From Thermodesulfobacteriota bacterium (GTDB taxonomy: Bacteria > Desulfobacterota > Desulfobulbia > Desulfobulbales > SURF-16), in the NCBI GenBank assembly GCA_040755455.1, contig JBFMAY010000052.1, positions 1-22,512 on the forward strand: 22,512 bases of DNA. The letters are read 5' to 3'. The notes beneath the pieces were generated by a model. That model was not told the origin of the DNA and made no database searches. It saw nothing but the letters and a program-made list of their open reading frames with translations. The position numbers and the translations under genes are program-made. Positions 17,279 to 22,512 of the stretch are shown here, one piece after another (position 1 is the first letter of the stretch; every line of letters starts with the position of its first letter).

Positions 17279-18745
17279 TTAAGGCAGGTCCGAACACGGA
17301 TCACAGGCTGGTCCTTTCAACTGAAAAAAGAGTTTCAGTCCTTTTTTTATCGTCTCGGAAAAAATCTTTGGGGAGAAGTAGTTGCCGGCAACCCTTTTAT
17401 TAATCTCTGCCAGGGTTGGGTAGGGATGCACCGCACCGGCCAGGGTGCTGAGTTTCATTTTGCCGTTTAATATCGCCACCCACTCGCTGATCAACTCACC
17501 AGCATGGGGTCCGCAAATCTGCACTCCGATGGGCTTTTCCTTTTCATCAAGGATCATCTTGATTCTGCCGGCCCGCTCACCCTCGGCCAGGCAGCGGTCA
17601 TTGTTGTAGAACTCCTCGCTCCATACCTGGTAATCGATGCCGGCCTGGACGGCGGCCTTTTCATTCATGCCGATGGAGGCGAGCTCCGGATCGGCATAGG
17701 TGCACCAGGGCATCCAGGTGTAATCAGCCCGGCGCGGCAGATGAAAGATGGCGTTGCTGACGACAATGCCGCCCTCATAGCCCGCCGCATGGGTGAACTG
17801 AAAGCTGCCGTTGATGTCCCCCGGCGCATAGATATGTTTGTGACTGGTCCGCAGCCGGTTATCAACGGCAATGCCCCGTTCATCATGGATGATGCCGATC
17901 CCGGCTAAACCCAGCCCGTCCACATTGGCGGCTCTTCCCATGGCCACCAGCAGGGTATCAACCCGGAGGATCACCTCCCTGCCCTCGGCATCGGCAAGCT
18001 TCACCTCTTTTTCCACACCCAGATCGCGGGTGCCGAGCACCCTGGCGTTGAGATAAAATATCACCCCCTCCTCCTCCATCACCTGCATGACCAGATCCGC
18101 CATGTCCTTGTCTTCCTTGCTGAGGATCTGACCGCTGCGCTGGATGACGAAAACCTTGGTGCCCAGCCGGTTGAAGGCCTGGGCCATTTCAATGGCAATG
18201 GGACCGGCCCCAAACACCGCCATCGAACCGGGCAGGCTGTCGAGAGAGAAGATTTCCCTGTTGGTGACAAAAGGGGTTGTGGCAAGACCGGGGATGGGCA
18301 CCTTAGCCGGTGATGAACCGGTGGCGATGACCCATGATTTGGCCGAATACCTCCTGCCGTTTAACGTAACGGAATACTCGTCGACAAAGCGGGGTGAGCC
18401 GAATTCCACCCTGGCCCCCAGCCTGCAGAAACGTTCCACTGAGTCATGCTGCTGGATGGAGGCAATGACCGACTTGATTCTGTCCCGCACCCGGGCAAAA
18501 TCAACCGGCGGCACCGTTATCTCCGGCAGCCCGTAGTGCGCCGCCTTTTTCATGATCTGGTAGACCTGGGCCGAGCGGATGAGGGTTTTGCTCGGCACAC
18601 AGCCATAGTGGAGACAATCGCCGCCCAGTTCCGGCTCTTTTTCAATAAGCAGGGTCTTTGCACCGAGCTGGGCCGCTCCGGCGGTGACGGTCAGTCCCGC
18701 CGCCCCGCCGCCGATGACCCCGAGATCAAAATCAAATTTTGCCAT
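17279..18745 (-). CDS. FAD-dependent pyridine nucleotide-disulfide oxidoreductase (MerA/Lpd-like)
   Basis: IGGGAAG, GGDCLHYGCVPSK, IATGS, GAGPIAIE and HPYPTLAE; C-terminal CDPC; ATG 18745. Confidence 0.9.
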   Translation of the reverse strand: MAKFDFDLGVIGGGAAGLTVTAGAAQLGAKTLLIEKEPELGGDCLHYGCVPSKTLIRSAQVYQIMKKAAHYGLPEITVPPVDFARVRDRIKSVIASIQQHDSVERFCRLGARVEFGSPRFVDEYSVTLNGRRYSAKSWVIATGSSPAKVPIPGLATTPFVTNREIFSLDSLPGSMAVFGAGPIAIEMAQAFNRLGTKVFVIQRSGQILSKEDKDMADLVMQVMEEEGVIFYLNARVLGTRDLGVEKEVKLADAEGREVILRVDTLLVAMGRAANVDGLGLAGIGIIHDERGIAVDNRLRTSHKHIYAPGDINGSFQFTHAAGYEGGIVVSNAIFHLPRRADYTWMPWCTYADPELASIGMNEKAAVQAGIDYQVWSEEFYNNDRCLAEGERAGRIKMILDEKEKPIGVQICGPHAGELISEWVAILNGKMKLSTLAGAVHPYPTLAEINKRVAGNYFSPKIFSETIKKGLKLFFQLKGPACDPCSDLP

Positions 18746-19445
18746 TTTTCCCACCCTTCCTCCGGTTGACAAAACCCATGATTTTTTTAACGGTTAGCGG
18801 AAACAGCCCCAGCAGGGCAAAAGATGCAAGCAGACCAGGTGAGAGGATGGCGGCCACGGAGTCAATCTTGGCCAGCTCTTTGCCGGCATTGACATAGACC
18901 ATGGTGCCGGGCAGCATGCCGATCTGGGACACCCAGTAATACTGAAAAAGCGAAATCCTGGTCATCCCCATGGCCAGATTGATGAGAAAAAAGGGGAAGG
19001 CAGGCACCAGCCGCATGGTGAAGAGGTAAAATCCCCCCTCCTCTTCAATGCCCCTGTTGATCGGGGCCAGCCGGTCGCCGAATTTTTTCTGCACCCAGTC
19101 CCGCAACAGAAAGCGGGACACCAGACAGGCAAGGGTTGCGCCGATGGTGCTGGCAAAGGAGACAACCACGGTGCCCACCACCAGGCCGAATAATGCCCCG
19201 CCGGCCAGGGTCATAATAACCGCACCGGGCAGGGACAGGGCCGTCACAATAATGTAGATAAGCAGGTAGGAGGCAATGACTGCCAGCGGCCGTGCCGCAT
19301 ACAGCCGGGCAAAACGCTCCTGGGACTGCTGCAGATAGTCCAGGGTCAGATACTGTCCCAGCCCCAGATAGTTGAAGGCGACAATGCAGACAATGATCAG
19401 CAGAACGATTGCCGCTTTTTTGGCGAATTGCCTATTTATTATCAT
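18732..19445 (-). CDS. TVP38/TMEM64 (DedA superfamily) membrane protein
   Basis: TALSLPGA..TLAGGALFG, RLVPAFPFFLINL and SQIGMLPGTMVYVNAG. Confidence 0.9.
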   Translation of the reverse strand: MIINRQFAKKAAIVLLIIVCIVAFNYLGLGQYLTLDYLQQSQERFARLYAARPLAVIASYLLIYIIVTALSLPGAVIMTLAGGALFGLVVGTVVVSFASTIGATLACLVSRFLLRDWVQKKFGDRLAPINRGIEEEGGFYLFTMRLVPAFPFFLINLAMGMTRISLFQYYWVSQIGMLPGTMVYVNAGKELAKIDSVAAILSPGLLASFALLGLFPLTVKKIMGFVNRRKGGKNGKI

Positions 19446-19545
19446 CTGTCCGCAACCAGTAAGCGGCGGCGCCGGTCAGGGCCGCCTTGGCATTGACAAT
19501 GACGGAAACAGGGATGTGCGCCGGCAGCGGCGCTCTCATAGCCAT
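19432..19545 (-). pseudogene. Probable C-terminal remnant of glucokinase
   Basis: Manual translation MAMRAPLPAHIPVSVIVNAKAALTGAAAYWLRTDDNK* resembles the Glk-family C-terminus (IPVxVIxNxxAALxGAA). Recognised by eye only. Confidence 0.65.
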
Positions 19546-19554
19546 GAATAACCA

Positions 19555-21090
19555 TCAACCCACCACCCTGATCTTATCAATCCAATCCCTGGCCGCCTCC
19601 GGCCCCCAGCTGCCGGCCGGATAGGAATGGAGATGCTGCCTGCGGCCCGGGCAATGTTCACATTCATTCAATATGGGGGTGAGAATTCTCCACGTCTGTT
19701 CAATGCCGTCCTGCCGCCAGAACAGCAACTGGTCGCCAAGGATACAGTCAAGAAGCACCTTTTCATAGGCGTCCAGCACTGAACCCATGTCATACCTGAA
19801 ATCCATGGTCATGGGGCGCAGGCAAACTCTGGCGCCGGGATTCTTGGTCTGAAAGGTGAGACTGATGCCCTCCTCCGGATAGATGCTCAAAACCAGCCGG
19901 TTGGCGGCGATCTCCTCTCCTATGACGTCCCGGAAAATGGAATGAGGCACCTCCTTGAACTGGATGACGACCCGGGTTTCCTTGCGGGCCATTCTTTTGC
20001 CCGAGACAAGACAGAACGGCACCCCCTGCCAGCGCCAGTTTTCAACGTAGAAGTGCATCAAGGCAAAGGTGGGGATCAGCGACTCTGCCGCCACCCCCGG
20101 TTCCTGCCGGTAGCCCTTGACCTCTTTGCCATCCAGCATGCCGGGGCCGTACTGACCCAGCACCACCTCCCCCTCCCGGCGGGAAAAGGGGCGAATTGAG
20201 CGGAACACCTTCGCCTTTTCGTCGCGCACCCGTTCCGACTCAAAATGGGAGGGCGGCTCCATGGCGATAAGGGACATGAGCTGCAGCATATGATTCTGGA
20301 ACATGTCGCGGATGACTCCGGACTGTTCATAGTAGCCGGCCCGGTTCTCCACCCCCAGCTTCTCGGCGGCCATGATGCCCACGTAATCGATGAAACCGCG
20401 GTTCCAGATCGGTTCAAAGATGGCGTTGGCGAAACGGAACATCAGGATGTTCTGCACCGTCTCCTTGGCCAGGTAATGATCTATGCGGAAAATCTGCTTC
20501 TCCTGGAAATGCTCATGCAGGGTGCGGTCAAGGTCCAGGGCGGTGTCCAGATCCCGTCCAAAGGGCTTTTCCACCACAATGCGCGACCAGCCCCGGTTAT
20601 CAGTATGCTGGGCGGCAAGCCCGGCCCGGCCGAGCATGTCGGCCACAACCGGATAAAGGGACGGAGGCAGGGCAAGGTCAAAAACCAGATTGCCCTTGGT
20701 GCCCCGCTGCCCGTCAAGCTCATGGAGATACGAGGCCAGCTCCCGGAAAGAATTCTCCGAGTCATAGGTCAGCTGCCGGTAAAAAAGAAAGGCGGCAAAC
20801 TCCTGCCATCTGGCCATGTCGGCCTTGCCGTCGACCTCACAGGCCTCTTTCATCAGGCTGCGGAAATCATCGCTGCTGAAAATGGTACGGGCGCAACCCA
20901 CAATGGAAACCGGATCAGGCAGGGACCCGGTCAGATACATATGATAGAGAGCGGGAATGAGCTTGCGGGCCGTCAGATCGCCGGATGCCCCGAAGATAAC
21001 AATGGCGCAGGGGTCAAGCTCCCCCGGCGTCAGACAATCACAGCAGCCGTCCTGCCCGCGTATTTTTTCCTTGATAACACTGGTTTCCAT
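19555..21090 (-). CDS. zwf: Glucose-6-phosphate 1-dehydrogenase
   Basis: IFGASGDLTARKLIPAL, EKPFG, RIDHYLAKE, RDMFQNH and NWRWQGVPF. Confidence 0.97.
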   Translation of the reverse strand: METSVIKEKIRGQDGCCDCLTPGELDPCAIVIFGASGDLTARKLIPALYHMYLTGSLPDPVSIVGCARTIFSSDDFRSLMKEACEVDGKADMARWQEFAAFLFYRQLTYDSENSFRELASYLHELDGQRGTKGNLVFDLALPPSLYPVVADMLGRAGLAAQHTDNRGWSRIVVEKPFGRDLDTALDLDRTLHEHFQEKQIFRIDHYLAKETVQNILMFRFANAIFEPIWNRGFIDYVGIMAAEKLGVENRAGYYEQSGVIRDMFQNHMLQLMSLIAMEPPSHFESERVRDEKAKVFRSIRPFSRREGEVVLGQYGPGMLDGKEVKGYRQEPGVAAESLIPTFALMHFYVENWRWQGVPFCLVSGKRMARKETRVVIQFKEVPHSIFRDVIGEEIAANRLVLSIYPEEGISLTFQTKNPGARVCLRPMTMDFRYDMGSVLDAYEKVLLDCILGDQLLFWRQDGIEQTWRILTPILNECEHCPGRRQHLHSYPAGSWGPEAARDWIDKIRVVG

Positions 21091-21145
21091 AGTAAGCCGT
21101 TGTAATAAAATAATATCGTCGTTCGGATAATCAGAGACGGCATAA

Positions 21146-21196
21146 GGAGCCGTAACGAAATGTTCAATAATGAAGAGGTTATTTCGTAACGGCTCC
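21146..21196. repeat. 51-bp inverted repeat flanked by TAA direct repeats (mini-MITE candidate)
   Basis: GGAGCCGTAACGAAAT / ATTTCGTAACGGCTCC (15/16), 19-nt spacer, TAA at 21143-21145 and 21197-21199. Confidence 0.7.
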
Positions 21197-21236
21197 TAAT
21201 CATTTACCGGATCGCTCAACTCATGGCCCCCGCAAC

Positions 21237-22142
21237 TCACCCCTTTTTCACCGCATGCCCGCCAAACTCCCGCCGCAGGGCGGCCAGCACCCTGTTCTCA
21301 AAGGCATTTTCCCTGCGGGACTGAAAGCGCTGGAAAAGGGCCATGGTGATGACCGGCGCGCTAACACCGCTGGCAATGGCCTCCTCCACCGTCCAGCGGC
21401 CCTCACCGGAATCGTCCACATAACCGCTTAACTCATCAAGCCGTGGATCTTTGGCAAAGGCGTCTTCCAGCAGCTCAAGCAGCCAGGAACGGATGACGCT
21501 GCCCTGGTTCCACAAATGGGAAATCTTATTAAAATCAAGGTGTTCGGCATAAGGAGAGGCCTCAAGTAGAGCAAAGCCCTCGCCATAGGCCTGCATCATG
21601 CCGTACTCAATGCCGTTATGGATCATCTTGACAAAATGGCCGGCCCCGGTGGGGCCGCAGTACAGATAACCGTCGGCGGGCGCCAGGGACTTGAAAACCG
21701 GCTCAAGGTACTGAAAAATCTTCTCCTCGCCGCCCACCATGGTGCAGTAGCCGACCGAGAGCCCCCAGATGCCGCCGCTTACCCCGGCATCGATGAAATG
21801 AATACCGGCTCCCTTCAGATAGGCGGCCCGGCGAATATCATCCCGGTGCCTGCTGTTGCCGCCCTCAACGATGATGTCTCCGGGACTGAGGATATTGCGC
21901 AGCTTTTCCAGATGCTCGTCAACCGCCTTGCCGGCCGGCAGCATAAGCCACACCACCCTGGGCGGCAAGTCAAGTTTTTCCACCAGCTCCGGCAGGGAGA
22001 ATCCGCCTTCCGCCCCTTCGCTCATGATCTCTTGCGTCTTGTCCGGACTGCGGTTATAGGCAACCACTTGATGGCCGCCCAGCATCAGCCTGCGGGCCAT
22101 GTTCATTCCCATTCTGCCGAGCCCGATCATGCCTATTTTCAT
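21237..22142 (-). CDS. gnd: 6-phosphogluconate dehydrogenase, decarboxylating (short type)
   Basis: IGLGRMG, YNRS, GGNS, GVSGG, GHFVKMIHNGIEYG, DSGEGRW and LRREFGGH; ATG 22142. Confidence 0.95.
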   Translation of the reverse strand: MKIGMIGLGRMGMNMARRLMLGGHQVVAYNRSPDKTQEIMSEGAEGGFSLPELVEKLDLPPRVVWLMLPAGKAVDEHLEKLRNILSPGDIIVEGGNSRHRDDIRRAAYLKGAGIHFIDAGVSGGIWGLSVGYCTMVGGEEKIFQYLEPVFKSLAPADGYLYCGPTGAGHFVKMIHNGIEYGMMQAYGEGFALLEASPYAEHLDFNKISHLWNQGSVIRSWLLELLEDAFAKDPRLDELSGYVDDSGEGRWTVEEAIASGVSAPVITMALFQRFQSRRENAFENRVLAALRREFGGHAVKKG

Positions 22143-22323
22143 GGGGATACCTCTTGGAGTTTGGGTTTTAAGGTTCATGGTTCACGGGGATTCACGAAGC
22201 ATACACCATTTGTTATGAAAAATAAATGGTTACAGGATGGCGCCGGGCAAGTTGGCAGGTGGGGAGGGAAACATCCGCTGCGATTTCCTGCGGCATGGCG
22301 GCAAGCGCTTCAAAAAAATGCAC

Positions 22324-22351
22324 AAAAAATTGGCCAGTTGCGCCACTGGCC
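22324..22351 (-). terminator. Intrinsic terminator after the aldehyde dehydrogenase
   Basis: Minus strand GGCCAGT-GGCGCA-ACTGGCC-AATTTTTT, 5 nt after the stop. Confidence 0.7.
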
Positions 22352-22356
22352 TTTCC

Positions 22357-22512
22357 TCAGACATTTCTGATCACCATGAGCCGGATCTCGCTCATATCCT
22401 CCATGGCGTAGCGGATTCCCTCCCGGCCCAGCCCGCTGTCCTTCACCCCGCCATAGGGCATCTGGTCGGCCCGCCAGGACGGGATGTCGCCGATGACCAC
22501 CCCGCCCACCTC
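22357..22512 (-). CDS. Aldehyde dehydrogenase family protein, C-terminal 51 aa (partial)
   Basis: Manual translation [51 protein letters not shown]; PYGGVKxSGxGREG is the ALDH motif. Confidence 0.92.
   Translation of the reverse strand, partial: EVGGVVIGDIPSWRADQMPYGGVKDSGLGREGIRYAMEDMSEIRLMVIRNV

Noticed and set aside
17279..18745. Calling the reductase merA or lpdA
   Set aside because: No C-terminal CC, NmerA domain or mer operon, and no 2-oxoacid dehydrogenase context.
19555..19557. Selenocysteine or readthrough at the zwf TGA into the in-frame tail
   Set aside because: Zwf is already complete, no convincing SECIS-like hairpin is seen, and an in-frame junction has a one-in-three chance.
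21101..21115. TGTAATAAAATAATA as a HexR-like box before zwf
   Set aside because: Right half-site is degenerate, the context is AT-rich, and no hexR is in the window.
20245..22370. Long plus-strand ORFs 20245-21105 (286 aa) and 21618-22370 (250 aa)
   Set aside because: Antisense shadows of GC-rich zwf and gnd; no recognisable motifs.
1..22512. CRISPR array, tRNA, rRNA, tnpB or defence genes
   Set aside because: No regularly spaced repeats or recognisable RNA genes were seen; the IS200 element is too short to hold tnpB.

Overview
Bacterial window with almost all host genes on the minus strand. From the right: the 3' end of an aldehyde dehydrogenase, then gnd-zwf, a small glucokinase C-terminal remnant, a DedA/TVP38 membrane protein and a MerA/Lpd-like flavoprotein disulfide reductase. 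This block is visibly GC-rich and looks like core genome; a deltaproteobacterium is a tentative guess. It is followed by a more AT-rich Wzx/Wzy-type surface-polysaccharide cluster (wzz, three methyltransferases, an acyltransferase, three glycosyltransferases, wzx, wzy, an epimerase and a WbpL-like initiating transferase). The cluster carries many mobile elements: a complete IS4-family element with a 10-bp TSD, a TnpA-only IS200/IS605 element, and a three-level nest at the left edge (a 224-bp MITE inside an IS1595 transposase inside the terminal repeat of a second IS4). The most unusual signals are (i) two MITEs sharing CCCTACAAC(G/A)CAA...TTGCGTTGTAGGG ends and 4-bp TTAA/ATAA TSDs but with unrelated interiors, (ii) a hairpin-dense leader of about 0.6 kb ahead of the glycan genes containing a GEMM-like three-way junction, (iii) the glk remnant in frame behind the zwf stop, and (iv) a 51-bp TAA-flanked inverted repeat between gnd and zwf. 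All calls come from reading the sequence; no searches were run.
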